The notes beneath the pieces are model-generated. The model made no database searches, was not told where the DNA came from, and saw only the letters and a program-made list of their open reading frames with translations. DNA of 64,000 nucleotides, taken from the sequence record PQ433349.1, one strand, 5' to 3'. The translations under genes were made by a program, and so were the position numbers. Source of the DNA: Escherichia phage vB_Ec-G1. Within the stretch, counting starts at the first letter, position 1, and the number at the start of each line of letters is the position of its first letter. Shown here one piece after another: positions 1-9,848 of this stretch.

Positions 1-1619
1 CAACTACAATTACTAATTTACCCGAAACATCAAAAGTTAATGGTTCAGATTACCTGGTTTTAGACCAACCTGATAAGACTGTTAAAAGCACAGTTTCCAA
101 CTTTCTTGCTGACACTGGGGTGGTTTTAGCCACCCAGTTGAAAGATACAGATGGAGCAGATTTAATAGGCTCACCACATGCCGGAACTCTGGCACAAATG
201 TTGCCGTGGGTTACTCCAGAGCAATTTGGCGCTGTTGGTGACGGTGTAACAGATGATATTGCGGCTCTTGACGCCTGTATGTCATACGCGAGAGAACGCG
301 GAGTAGATATCGTATTTTCCAAAACTTATGCCATTTCCAGACCCTACGTAATATATATGGGGCTACGGAGGAACCCACGCCATATAGGTATGGGTAATAT
401 GGCAAAAATAATCATTACAACTACGGCCACATCTGGGCTTCCGGTTGATTCTTATGAGATTCCTATGGACGTTAACGCGGCTGTTATTGTAGCCGCGATC
501 ACAGGTACAGGGTATAACCAGCAACCACAGAACTTCCGCTGGGAAAACATCGACATTGATACTACTGTAAATGCAGATTACGGCATGTATACGACAAAAA
601 TGCAATCAGCATCCATACGGAACTTCAGGACTCATAATTTCAAAACAGGTATCCAAGATAACGGGTCATGGAATACTTTGTATGAAAATATAAAAATGAC
701 AAAACACAGTATTGTTGGCTTCCGTAAGACTAGGGGTACTAGCACTACTATACGTAACTGTTATGTAGAGCAATCCACCGTAGGGTATCACGTTCGCAGT
801 GGCTATTCTCAGCTTGAGGGTTGTGCTTGTGATACAAGTACAGATGTATCTTATTGGATTGAAGGCAACCCTGTAGCGTCTAGTAGTGACGATACTTTCT
901 CTATTGTATCTTGTGGCTCAGAGAACTCAGGCAAAGCTGTTATACGATTAACTGGTACAGTTACACTTAGTGTAAGAAACTTCCAAGCATTTAACTGGGC
1001 GCAGCAGCAAGACCCTATACCTGAATACTTCATGGATTTACAGTCAAATAGCGCTAGTATATCTCTTGAAGATATACGGTATTTAGGTATTAGCGCCGGA
1101 CGAATAAAAGATACTGGGGTTAGTAACAATATAACCATTCGCAACATGACTACACGTGGAAGCGATGTGCGCAGCGGCGATGTACTGCCGAATAGCACCA
1201 AGATTATTGAAATGTCGCGTTCAGGTGTTCGTGTGTCTTCCGGTTATTCCCCTGATGGGATACTTATAGATTTTGACAATCTCTTCTTCACCACAGGGTC
1301 TAGCACTCAGCCAGTAAACTACAGTCCATTATTCAATAAGCAGCGTATATACCGCACGAAGGTGACGGTAACAAGAACATCGGGAACATATGGGAGAGCA
1401 CAAGTAACTTTGCCATTCAATTTTTCTGATACAAGTTATGTAGTGCAACTTACACCCAATGTGTACCATACCGACATAGCTACACATGCTCTCGTGGCTA
1501 CTGTTGGGCCTACAGACAAGACAGTAAACAGTTTTTATGTAAATTTAGGTAGCATCAACGGCAGCAGTACGTGGACTAGTTGTCAGGTTGATGTTACCGT
1601 TTTCGGACTGACTCCATAA
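1..1619 (+). CDS. tailspike/depolymerase-like protein (pectate-lyase-like), 5-prime partial
   Basis: Reading frame of track ORF 120..1619 stays open back to window start (no stop from nt 3); FGAVGDGVTDD motif typical of pectate-lyase-fold tailspikes. Confidence 0.6.
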   Translation, partial: TTITNLPETSKVNGSDYLVLDQPDKTVKSTVSNFLADTGVVLATQLKDTDGADLIGSPHAGTLAQMLPWVTPEQFGAVGDGVTDDIAALDACMSYARERGVDIVFSKTYAISRPYVIYMGLRRNPRHIGMGNMAKIIITTTATSGLPVDSYEIPMDVNAAVIVAAITGTGYNQQPQNFRWENIDIDTTVNADYGMYTTKMQSASIRNFRTHNFKTGIQDNGSWNTLYENIKMTKHSIVGFRKTRGTSTTIRNCYVEQSTVGYHVRSGYSQLEGCACDTSTDVSYWIEGNPVASSSDDTFSIVSCGSENSGKAVIRLTGTVTLSVRNFQAFNWAQQQDPIPEYFMDLQSNSASISLEDIRYLGISAGRIKDTGVSNNITIRNMTTRGSDVRSGDVLPNSTKIIEMSRSGVRVSSGYSPDGILIDFDNLFFTTGSSTQPVNYSPLFNKQRIYRTKVTVTRTSGTYGRAQVTLPFNFSDTSYVVQLTPNVYHTDIATHALVATVGPTDKTVNSFYVNLGSINGSSTWTSCQVDVTVFGLTP

Positions 1620-1625
1620 AACTAA

Positions 1626-1643
1626 GCCCCCGAATTGGGGGGC
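1626..1643 (+). terminator. GC hairpin after tailspike gene (weak terminator)
   Basis: gcccccgaattgggggg inverted repeat right after stop; no clear T-tract. Confidence 0.35.
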
Positions 1644-1660
1644 ACAATTACGGTAATATT

Positions 1661-2104
1661 ATGAATGAATCAGGTGAACTGCTCCTAGTCAGACTGGAGA
1701 AACGATTGAAGACTCTGTTTGATAATCAGGCAATGGATAGACAGGACCGTGAGAAACTGGAGGAAACTTTGGTAGAACTACGGGATTCAATAAACGATAT
1801 AGTAAATAGACTTAACAGCGTGGAGGATATCTTAGCTAAATCTGAACCTACCATCGAAGAGTTCATCACCATTAAACATAAAGTTGCTGGTGCTGGAATT
1901 TTTGGCAAGTGGGCTTCATTAAGGTTCACACAAGATATGTCCTGCAAGCGCATGTCATCGCCATGTGATAAAATGATGAAAACATATCGTAGCAGGGTTA
2001 ATCTTGTCTTTAATTACTATCGTACTAACTCAAAGTGTTGTCACTACCACTGCAAGCCCCTCTTTGGAGGGGGCTTACTTAGAAAAACAAAGAGGTTGTT
2101 ATGA
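1661..2104 (+). CDS. hypothetical protein, coiled-coil N-terminus
   Basis: Track ORF; no clear RBS; 3-prime end runs through a hairpin, real stop may differ. Confidence 0.3.
   Translation: MNESGELLLVRLEKRLKTLFDNQAMDRQDREKLEETLVELRDSINDIVNRLNSVEDILAKSEPTIEEFITIKHKVAGAGIFGKWASLRFTQDMSCKRMSSPCDKMMKTYRSRVNLVFNYYRTNSKCCHYHCKPLFGGGLLRKTKRLL
2055..2080 (+). terminator. stem-loop
   Basis: agcccctc tttg gagggggct inverted repeat. Confidence 0.4.
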
Positions 2105-2409
2105 ATGAAATGTTCTCCCAAGGTGGTAAAGGTTCAACCGGAATCTTAACCAATAAACAAGCAGTAGCCCGTCACTTTGGAGTTAAACAATCTGAGGTTG
2201 TTTACTTCTCAGTTGGTGTGGATTTGGGTGGGTATAAGGTTGTCTATGATAAGGAGACGCAAAGGGCGTATTCCCTACCTGCTGATATTGCCTCAGGTAT
2301 TACTGCCATTAGTCTTAGTGCTGCTGTACTTGTGCATTCAGCGGGTTCTGTAGACCTTGGGGAATTAGCTGTATATCGTGATTTAAAAAGTAATGAGAAC
2401 GCACCATGA
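2101..2409 (+). CDS. hypothetical tail-module protein
   Basis: Track ORF; AAGAGG RBS upstream of ATG; start overlaps previous stop. Confidence 0.5.
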   Translation: MNEMFSQGGKGSTGILTNKQAVARHFGVKQSEVVYFSVGVDLGGYKVVYDKETQRAYSLPADIASGITAISLSAAVLVHSAGSVDLGELAVYRDLKSNENAP

Positions 2410-2648
2410 GAAAATTTTTAATAGGTATGTTTTGTACATATCCTGATAATAAAGTCAGTTCTACTAAAGTCTGGAACGCTGTAGGCATGTCGGTTATGAC
2501 AGGCATGTTTATCTTTTTAGGAATAGAAAAAGAAATTCCTGAATGGATGGGTTGGGCTTTTGTTTTCATGATAACCCCTTCTCGCCTCATGAAAAATCTT
2601 ATTGATTTACGTTGGGGCAGATCACAATCTACCAAAGAGGATGACTAA
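2406..2648 (+). CDS. small membrane protein
   Basis: Track ORF; hydrophobic segments; ATGA overlap with neighbours. Confidence 0.45.
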   Translation: MRKFLIGMFCTYPDNKVSSTKVWNAVGMSVMTGMFIFLGIEKEIPEWMGWAFVFMITPSRLMKNLIDLRWGRSQSTKEDD

Positions 2649-4135
2649 TGGACGAATATGGTTTGACAGATGCGGGATTTGTAATCCCGACTTTTGACGA
2701 TGTTCTAAACAATTATATGACAGCAGTAAAAAACACATTTGGTGCAGATGCAGCCACTTCGGAAGATACTGTGATCGGACAACTGTTTAGAATAATTGCA
2801 TACACAGATTACACATTGTGGGAAGGTATGCAAGGTGTTTATAATACTCAAACACTGGATGGTGCAGAAGGTATTTATCTTGATGAAATCTTTTCTAAAC
2901 GCGGTTTCTATCGAGCAGGGGCAGCAGCAAGTACAGGTTATGCATATGTTAAGAGTAATAACAAAGCAGCTTGGACTTATGAGCTAGGCACGGATATTTA
3001 CTTCAACTCTGATAGTGATATGAACTACTATGTTAGCACACCAACTATGTTGAATGCTAAGATTGCAGCTTATCAAATCTCTCGTGCTAATGCAACTGCT
3101 ACAGGTGTTCCAAATATTACTTTTTATGCACAAAGTGCGGTAGATGGAGGACTAAACAGTAAAACACTTGCACCTGGTTCTTCTACATTTATAACCGATC
3201 TTGAAACTTTTATCAAGGCAAATTTAACAGAAGCTGATCGTAGTCTTGTATTTTCTGATTCAGGTAACTTATCAATTGGTTTTACTTCTTTAACTAGTGA
3301 TACTCCAGTGGGACTGGTAACTCCTATTAAATTTTATGCTAGTGTTCCGGTTGGAACCAAGTGGAGTGAGATTCCGGTAGTTGCAGCAGAGAAAGGATAC
3401 AATCCTGTTGGTGTGGAGTCTATTACAGGGATATCTTCTACCTTTACAGGTTATCTTGACAGTGGTAACTTCTATTCATTTTCTCCTGGTCGAGATGTTG
3501 AGACAGACGCAGAATTCCGCTCTCGTTTCAATGACAATGTTGATGAAGCTAACGCAGGGACACGAGCAGCCATTGTGAAAGCTCTGCTACTTACAGATGG
3601 TGTTACTAAGGTGAAGATTTACGATAACCCTACGTTACATGATCAAGAACATGCTCCGGCTATGACTTTCCAGACTATAGTTTATGGAGGAAGTGCTGAA
3701 GAAGTTGCTGAAGTTATTTACAAAACTAAACCAATCAACAGTTTGACACATGGAACAACCAACATAACTGTTACAACGGAAGACGGAGGACAAGAAATTA
3801 TTCGCTTCTCCCCTGGTGCTTCTGCTATGTATTCCGTAAAACTTGTTTATCAAACTGTCAACGGAACAACTTTAAGTGGAACAGAAAAACAAAACATCGT
3901 AGAAGCTTTACAAAACCTGCAAGCTTACTTTGAGTTAGGTTCTTCAGTAACGAACGATCAAATCAAAGGTGTTATTTATGCAGCACTTGCTTTTGGACGC
4001 TTGACTTCTCTTCGTGTTTATGTTAAACTTAATACTGAGGATGACAGTAAATATACAGAGAATAATATAGTTCCTGCTTATAATGTTGTCCCTTCTTTTG
4101 ACCTTGATAACATTTCTTACGAGTATGGAGTGTAA
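2648..4135 (+). CDS. baseplate protein (Baseplate J-like)
   Basis: 495 aa; position in tail module and N-terminal resemblance to baseplate J-like wedge proteins (from memory, not searched). Confidence 0.5.
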   Translation: MDEYGLTDAGFVIPTFDDVLNNYMTAVKNTFGADAATSEDTVIGQLFRIIAYTDYTLWEGMQGVYNTQTLDGAEGIYLDEIFSKRGFYRAGAAASTGYAYVKSNNKAAWTYELGTDIYFNSDSDMNYYVSTPTMLNAKIAAYQISRANATATGVPNITFYAQSAVDGGLNSKTLAPGSSTFITDLETFIKANLTEADRSLVFSDSGNLSIGFTSLTSDTPVGLVTPIKFYASVPVGTKWSEIPVVAAEKGYNPVGVESITGISSTFTGYLDSGNFYSFSPGRDVETDAEFRSRFNDNVDEANAGTRAAIVKALLLTDGVTKVKIYDNPTLHDQEHAPAMTFQTIVYGGSAEEVAEVIYKTKPINSLTHGTTNITVTTEDGGQEIIRFSPGASAMYSVKLVYQTVNGTTLSGTEKQNIVEALQNLQAYFELGSSVTNDQIKGVIYAALAFGRLTSLRVYVKLNTEDDSKYTENNIVPAYNVVPSFDLDNISYEYGV

Positions 4136-4137
4136 AA

Positions 4138-4767
4138 ATGGCAGTGAGTGTTGACCATGTAACAACTTGGGCCAGTATCAATGAAGACGTTAAAAACCTT
4201 CTGATTGAAGATTTTAAATCTTCTCCTAACATTGTCAAGCTCCTCTACATCGTATCCAGTGAAAAGCAAAAGATAGATCAGGCAATGATCTATCTTGCTA
4301 AACACCGCTTGATCTCCACAGCCACAGGCAAATACCTAGATATCTTAGGAGAAGAAATGGGGATCGAACGTAATGGCTCTGATGATGAAGAGTATAGAAC
4401 AATATTAAAAATCAGGGCTTACCGCGTAGCCTCATCGGGGACTCGTGGTGACATAATTGATATCTTCGCCCGTTTCACAGGAACCGAGCGTGAAACGCTT
4501 AATACTTACGTAGGTTTGAATAAAACCTTTGATGTGTTTTTCTACAACCTGTGTCTTCAATCTGATCAAGCTTTAGAGCAGTTGCTAAGTGTTTTTCCTA
4601 TTATTAGCAGCTACCGTCTTGGAGCAAAAGCAGGATCAGCTTTTGGTTTTAGTTCTTATTATGCTACCAAACCGCCTCATGGTATTGGTGGTTTAGGTTC
4701 CCTGTACATGGAATCTACTGGGGATGAAACAGGACGCATGTGTACGCTTCTCAAGCAAATAGATTAA
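4138..4767 (+). CDS. baseplate/tail formation protein (P2 gpI-like, tentative)
   Basis: Track ORF directly downstream of baseplate J-like gene. Confidence 0.4.
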   Translation: MAVSVDHVTTWASINEDVKNLLIEDFKSSPNIVKLLYIVSSEKQKIDQAMIYLAKHRLISTATGKYLDILGEEMGIERNGSDDEEYRTILKIRAYRVASSGTRGDIIDIFARFTGTERETLNTYVGLNKTFDVFFYNLCLQSDQALEQLLSVFPIISSYRLGAKAGSAFGFSSYYATKPPHGIGGLGSLYMESTGDETGRMCTLLKQID

Positions 4768-4776
4768 GGAGTTTAA

Positions 4777-5838
4777 ATGGCGAAGCCAATATATTATCCT
4801 GACTGGGCTACACAAACTGTAACGCTCCCAGGAACTTTAAACACAAACAAAATTAGACCTAAAGAAACCATCCGCACAGTTGGTATGGATTATGGTCAAA
4901 TCATGACTTGCGAAGAAATGAACTGGATTCTTAATAATATCGGTTTATGGATTCGTTATTTGGTGGATGACTTTATTCCAACTTTACCTAATACTTACTT
5001 GCCTTTAGTTGGAACTAAGATTACAATGGCAGGCGATGCTACTGGTGAGGCTACTTGGAACGGTGATAAAGAAGTTATTTTATCTATCCAAGTTCAAGAT
5101 AACAGTCATAATCACTTATCGGCAAACATTACAGATGCTACTAGTTCAATAGTAACACCAAATGTGTTGGTAAAACGTGATGCAGGTGGTGCTATTTATG
5201 GTGGTGATGTTTATGTTAATGGTACTTCCACAACAGATCCTGCAACCCTGTTTTTCAAGAACTTTGCAGGACAGACTAATGGTGAGATTTCTGCCGAATA
5301 CCAAAGTGGAGGTCAGCTTTATATTTATCGTAGAAATCCTAGCACAGGTAGTGTAGCCGCAGGTGTTCGTTTATATGATGCAGGTTATGTTCTAATAGAC
5401 AATCCAAGATCAAACAATGGACAAGACACTTCTAACGGAAATGCTTTAGTTCGTTTAGATTATCTGAACTCTCGTTTGACTTCCCTTCAGAACACATTGC
5501 AGACGAATATTAACACTGTTCAAAACAACTTGAATAATGTTAACAACAACCTCTCTTCTCGTATAAACAATGTAGAAAGTAATCATCAAAGTCAGATTAC
5601 AAATAACTACAACTATGCTAACGGAACCTTTGTAAGAGATATTCGTTATACTAGCCAAGGTGTGTATTATCCACCAGGGAACGAGGTTTCTTGGACTTAT
5701 ATCTGTTCTTCTGGTTATGTTCTTTCTGGTATTATCGTACAGGAAACAGGACGTAGCTCTGCGGATAACATCGGTGGGGTTTACTTCAAACGCCTCCAGC
5801 GCAACGTTAACGGAAACTGGTACGATATTGGAGGCTAA
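4777..5838 (+). CDS. tail fiber protein
   Basis: 353 aa; Asn-rich coiled stretch NNLNNVNNNLSSRINNVESN; followed by Tfa-like chaperone gene. Confidence 0.55.
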   Translation: MAKPIYYPDWATQTVTLPGTLNTNKIRPKETIRTVGMDYGQIMTCEEMNWILNNIGLWIRYLVDDFIPTLPNTYLPLVGTKITMAGDATGEATWNGDKEVILSIQVQDNSHNHLSANITDATSSIVTPNVLVKRDAGGAIYGGDVYVNGTSTTDPATLFFKNFAGQTNGEISAEYQSGGQLYIYRRNPSTGSVAAGVRLYDAGYVLIDNPRSNNGQDTSNGNALVRLDYLNSRLTSLQNTLQTNINTVQNNLNNVNNNLSSRINNVESNHQSQITNNYNYANGTFVRDIRYTSQGVYYPPGNEVSWTYICSSGYVLSGIIVQETGRSSADNIGGVYFKRLQRNVNGNWYDIGG

Positions 5839-6384
5839 ATGATATTTACAAACTTTAAAAAATATATTCCTGAAGACCCTGAAATAAAAGAATTGGTAGA
5901 AGCAGAGAACATTCTTTTTCTTCGTTGCGATCAAGGTTACGATTGGTATGATTTACGTAGCACAGAATTCAATAACGATAAAATGAAAGTCGTTTTTGAC
6001 GATCAAAATCGTATTGTGTTTTGGAACACTGATCCTACATTACTTTGCCCTGAAGATCTTTCTATAGCACAAGTGGACTTTAATATAGACACTTTTGAGG
6101 ATATTAGAAACAAGGTTCTGGATTTAGAAACTTTGACTCTTAAGGATAAAGAGTATTCCCGTGAAGAGTTGATGACACAAGCTAGTGCAAAAATTCGCTC
6201 TTTACAAGAAACAGCGGTAGCACTTATAACACCTTTACAGTATGCTAAAGATTTAGAAATGGCTACTGAAGACGAATTAGCTTATCTTAAAAATCTTCAA
6301 GTTTATGTAGTTAAACTAAATCGTGTTCCGCTTCAAAAAGACTATCCTTACGCTATAGATTGGCCTACATTACCGACAGAATAA
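5839..6384 (+). CDS. tail fiber assembly chaperone (Tfa-like)
   Basis: C-terminal LQVYVVKLNRVPLQKDYPYAIDWPTLP resembles conserved Tfa C-terminus. Confidence 0.65.
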   Translation: MIFTNFKKYIPEDPEIKELVEAENILFLRCDQGYDWYDLRSTEFNNDKMKVVFDDQNRIVFWNTDPTLLCPEDLSIAQVDFNIDTFEDIRNKVLDLETLTLKDKEYSREELMTQASAKIRSLQETAVALITPLQYAKDLEMATEDELAYLKNLQVYVVKLNRVPLQKDYPYAIDWPTLPTE

Positions 6385-6393
6385 GGGATCACT

Positions 6394-6729
6394 ATGGAAT
6401 TTCAAGAAGCATGGGGACTTGCAAAGGATGCAATAATCCCTTTAATCGGAGTCATCTGGTTCTTTTTCAAACAAAAAATGGATAAATTCGGCTCTGATCT
6501 TGAGGAAATGGAGGAGAAAAGTCGAGAGCTAGAGAAGAAGTTGGTCTTTGTTGAATCAACTTATGCAACTAAAGCCGAACTTACCCAGATGCTAAATCAA
6601 ATTAACTCTACATTAATGGCAAATAATAACACCCTTGAGCAAAAAATTGAAAAGATTATGGACCTCAAGAATGCGACTATCCAAATGATGCTAGATGACA
6701 TAGTTAAACGTACACAGAATAAGGGGTAA
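6394..6729 (+). CDS. membrane-anchored coiled-coil protein
   Basis: N-terminal TM helix (IIPLIGVIWFFF) then coiled coil. Confidence 0.45.
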   Translation: MEFQEAWGLAKDAIIPLIGVIWFFFKQKMDKFGSDLEEMEEKSRELEKKLVFVESTYATKAELTQMLNQINSTLMANNNTLEQKIEKIMDLKNATIQMMLDDIVKRTQNKG

Positions 6730-6732
6730 TTA

Positions 6733-9700
6733 ATGGCAACATTCCCAACATATCCAGCAACGTCTCTCGAACAGGGCGTAGACCTGGTTATTTTCTCATC
6801 TAACCAACTCCATGATGTTATTAATGGAAGTGCTACAGAGAGTATTGAAACAGAATCAGGGTTGATACCAACCCTGAGAAAAGCCCTTGTTGACAACTTT
6901 TTCTTTAAAAGCCCATTGGATTGGGCGCAAGGCACAAACGAAACAGTTTTTAACCAACTTCGTTATTTCCAGAATGGAGTATTGAGCGGTTATTACTATG
7001 CCCCTAACGCTACATTGGTTAACCCAATCCCTATGCAAGGGACTCCAGTAGGAGATAACAACTGGGTATTGTGGGGACTGAAAACAGAACAATTAGCAAC
7101 AGAAGTCACCCCGTGGGTATACTCTGGTGCAACGGGTTATGAAACAGTAATTAGTCCTCCTTACATCTTTGATAGTGCTATTGTTACGATCAATGGTGTT
7201 ATTCAGGTTCTGGGGGAAGCTTTCCGTATAGAAGATAGTAAGATCATCCTATCTGAACCTTTGGGACACGATCCTGCAACAGGACTGCCAAACAAGCTTT
7301 TTGCTTACATTGGTAAAATCGTAGCTTCCGCAGATACAGATCCTAACCTAGAGAACCGTCTTGTCAGTTTAGAAACAAAAACGGAAGAACTAACAGAAAG
7401 CATGGATAAAGTCCCTCTGCAAACTATTGCTCGTAAATATGGTTTGTTAGATGATGAGGTGGCTTACGCAACAGCAGGTCAATCGTTAACAGGGATTAAA
7501 GCTCTGTATGATCCAGTAGCACAGTCTTCCTACACATTACCTCCTAACATCACAGGAACTTTAACATCCTTGTCTGTTTCTGGAGTAATGACTTATTCTG
7601 GGGGGTCTGTAGATCTTTCTGCACTAGCTGTTGAACGTGGACAGTTTGTTCATTTGCCTACAAGCTTTGGTAATAACGTAACTCTGACAGCTAAAAATCA
7701 GACGATTGGACGTGGTGCTGGTCGTTATCGTTGGGCTGGAAGTTTACCAAAAAGTATTTTGGCCTCCGATACATTGGAGACAAGTGGTGGATTAGGTCCA
7801 AATGCATGGGTTCTGACCAATACAGAAGGACTGTTAACCCCTCGTGGTGGAACATACAACGATTTATTCGATGTTGTCTACTTGTCAGAATTTGCTAACA
7901 ACACAACAACATATACCACACCAGAAGCAGCTTTCCAAGCGGCACTGTTAGCAGCAAAAGCTTCGAAAAGCAAGATTCTCGATGCTTACGGTTGCGATAT
8001 GACTTTCACGACAAGCTCTTTTGATATTCAAGGTATCACTTTGCGTGGGGGTGTGTTCCGTGGTCAACGCGACTATCGTGTGCAAAATGCTACAGTAGAA
8101 GGCACAACTTTCCGTAACTCTCGTGTTATGTATTGGGGTGGTGCTGTGCGCATGTTCGATTGTTTGTGGGACGGTGCTCCTCGCGCAGGTCAAGTTGGTA
8201 GCTTGGTATTCCAAGGCAACCCAATATCAGGTACTTTTGAAATTGATAATTGTACTTTTAAAAACGGGTTGTATGGCATCCTTCAACAAGGAACAGGGGA
8301 ACCAGTAACACGTGGTGTCTTCCGTAACCTTACCTTCATGGACATGCAAGGTGATGCAATAGAACTGAACGTCATCAATAAACATTATGACGATGGTTGT
8401 GTGATTGAGAATATTTACCTGTCTAATATCGATGGGACTAACGCTCCTATTCCTCTGTCCAACTGGGGTATCGGTATCGGTGTAGCTGGTAAAGGACCAT
8501 ATGGTTACGGAATCCCTGATGATCAATATTGCAAGAATATTACAATTCGTAACGTTTTTGCAAAACGTTGTCGTCAGATTGTCCACGTAGAAGTTGGTCG
8601 TAATATCTCTATCGAAAACATTCATGGCGATCCAGACCAGACCGTATCTGTTGGGACAGGTTTGGCAACTGGCGCAGTTGTAATGTACGGAAGTAAAGAT
8701 TTTACGATTGACGGTGTTTACGGAGAGCCTAAAACAGACGGTAGCACACTTGCAAGTAATATCCGTATGATTTATTTGGAGTGGGGAACTAACGCAGTTC
8801 TGGACGGAGAGGGTAATCCGGTAGTTCCGGCACAGGGTAGACCTTCAAACCCATGCTTTAACTATTCTGTTCGTAATATTCATACCAAAACTGGACGTGT
8901 TTTTGCGGGAGTTTCCGCTGGGCCAGGTTATGAAAACAGAGTTAGCTTTGAAAATATTCGTTGCGCTGCATTGCAGTTGTTCGGTATAGCTTCTTGGCTT
9001 TCAATGTCTAACATCACCTGTAATATCTTCGATTGTGTTGGTCAACCTGAATCTGGTCCAGGGACATTTTATGATGGATTCTTCCGTAGAGAAAAATCTG
9101 TTCTTGAAATGGTTAACGTAAACTGTTACCCAGATGGCAAGACGATGGTTACTGGTCGTCCACAGTGGAGCCGTTGCCGTTACTCGGATATTCATCGTGT
9201 CAACTGTAATGTTGAAGCTAATATGTATACCAATATCGCAGGTGGTATTGGAGCTATTGTAGGGACAACGGGCAAAGTTTATTACTTAGAGCCTAATCCT
9301 AGTCGAAACATTGATGGAATGCATTTCCCAACAGGGAAAGAGTTTGACAAAGGGGATATGATAGTCAAGGCGGATAATACGTTCTTCCTTGTAACAACAA
9401 GTGGGGCATATATTCCAGATATCCCAGCTTTCGGTATTCGAGCTACACAGGCAGGAGATACCTTCCTGACACAGAACTTGACTCCTAACGGGACAGCAAC
9501 AAATGCTTCTTGGTTGTATCATTACCCTCTGTCAGCAGGGACACGTATCCGTATTCCTGGTGCTGGCGTAGGTGGAGCAGATTTGGACACAGTTATTACT
9601 CGTGCACCTTATCAAGATAATGATACGTGGACTAACCCAGTTAAAATAGACATTGCAGATCCAATTGTAACGCCTACAAGTGCTGGAGTTAGAATTAAAA

Positions 9701-9786
9701 CCATACCTAATGATTCCAGTAATGTTTCTGTAGGTAATACTGCGGTTATTCGCCCAACGCCAGTAGTAGATGTGCCAACAACCTAA
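6733..9786 (+). CDS. tailspike protein with beta-helix domain
   Basis: 1017 aa; conserved N-terminal anchor region then repetitive beta-strand-rich region typical of polysaccharide-degrading spikes. Confidence 0.7.
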   Translation: MATFPTYPATSLEQGVDLVIFSSNQLHDVINGSATESIETESGLIPTLRKALVDNFFFKSPLDWAQGTNETVFNQLRYFQNGVLSGYYYAPNATLVNPIPMQGTPVGDNNWVLWGLKTEQLATEVTPWVYSGATGYETVISPPYIFDSAIVTINGVIQVLGEAFRIEDSKIILSEPLGHDPATGLPNKLFAYIGKIVASADTDPNLENRLVSLETKTEELTESMDKVPLQTIARKYGLLDDEVAYATAGQSLTGIKALYDPVAQSSYTLPPNITGTLTSLSVSGVMTYSGGSVDLSALAVERGQFVHLPTSFGNNVTLTAKNQTIGRGAGRYRWAGSLPKSILASDTLETSGGLGPNAWVLTNTEGLLTPRGGTYNDLFDVVYLSEFANNTTTYTTPEAAFQAALLAAKASKSKILDAYGCDMTFTTSSFDIQGITLRGGVFRGQRDYRVQNATVEGTTFRNSRVMYWGGAVRMFDCLWDGAPRAGQVGSLVFQGNPISGTFEIDNCTFKNGLYGILQQGTGEPVTRGVFRNLTFMDMQGDAIELNVINKHYDDGCVIENIYLSNIDGTNAPIPLSNWGIGIGVAGKGPYGYGIPDDQYCKNITIRNVFAKRCRQIVHVEVGRNISIENIHGDPDQTVSVGTGLATGAVVMYGSKDFTIDGVYGEPKTDGSTLASNIRMIYLEWGTNAVLDGEGNPVVPAQGRPSNPCFNYSVRNIHTKTGRVFAGVSAGPGYENRVSFENIRCAALQLFGIASWLSMSNITCNIFDCVGQPESGPGTFYDGFFRREKSVLEMVNVNCYPDGKTMVTGRPQWSRCRYSDIHRVNCNVEANMYTNIAGGIGAIVGTTGKVYYLEPNPSRNIDGMHFPTGKEFDKGDMIVKADNTFFLVTTSGAYIPDIPAFGIRATQAGDTFLTQNLTPNGTATNASWLYHYPLSAGTRIRIPGAGVGGADLDTVITRAPYQDNDTWTNPVKIDIADPIVTPTSAGVRIKTIPNDSSNVSVGNTAVIRPTPVVDVPTT

Positions 9787-9792
9787 TGGAAT

Positions 9793-9818
9793 AGAGGGGG
9801 AATTCCCCCTCTTCTTCC
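9793..9818 (+). terminator. intrinsic terminator
   Basis: agaggggg aatt ccccctct hairpin then T-rich run. Confidence 0.5.
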
Positions 9819-9848
9819 AATAGAATGGTCTAATGATAGGAGAGATAA

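Noticed and set aside
5455-5934. 159-aa minus-strand ORF inside the tail module
   Set aside because: Antisense to the tail fiber and Tfa-like genes in a uniformly plus-strand operon; hydrophobic low-complexity translation.
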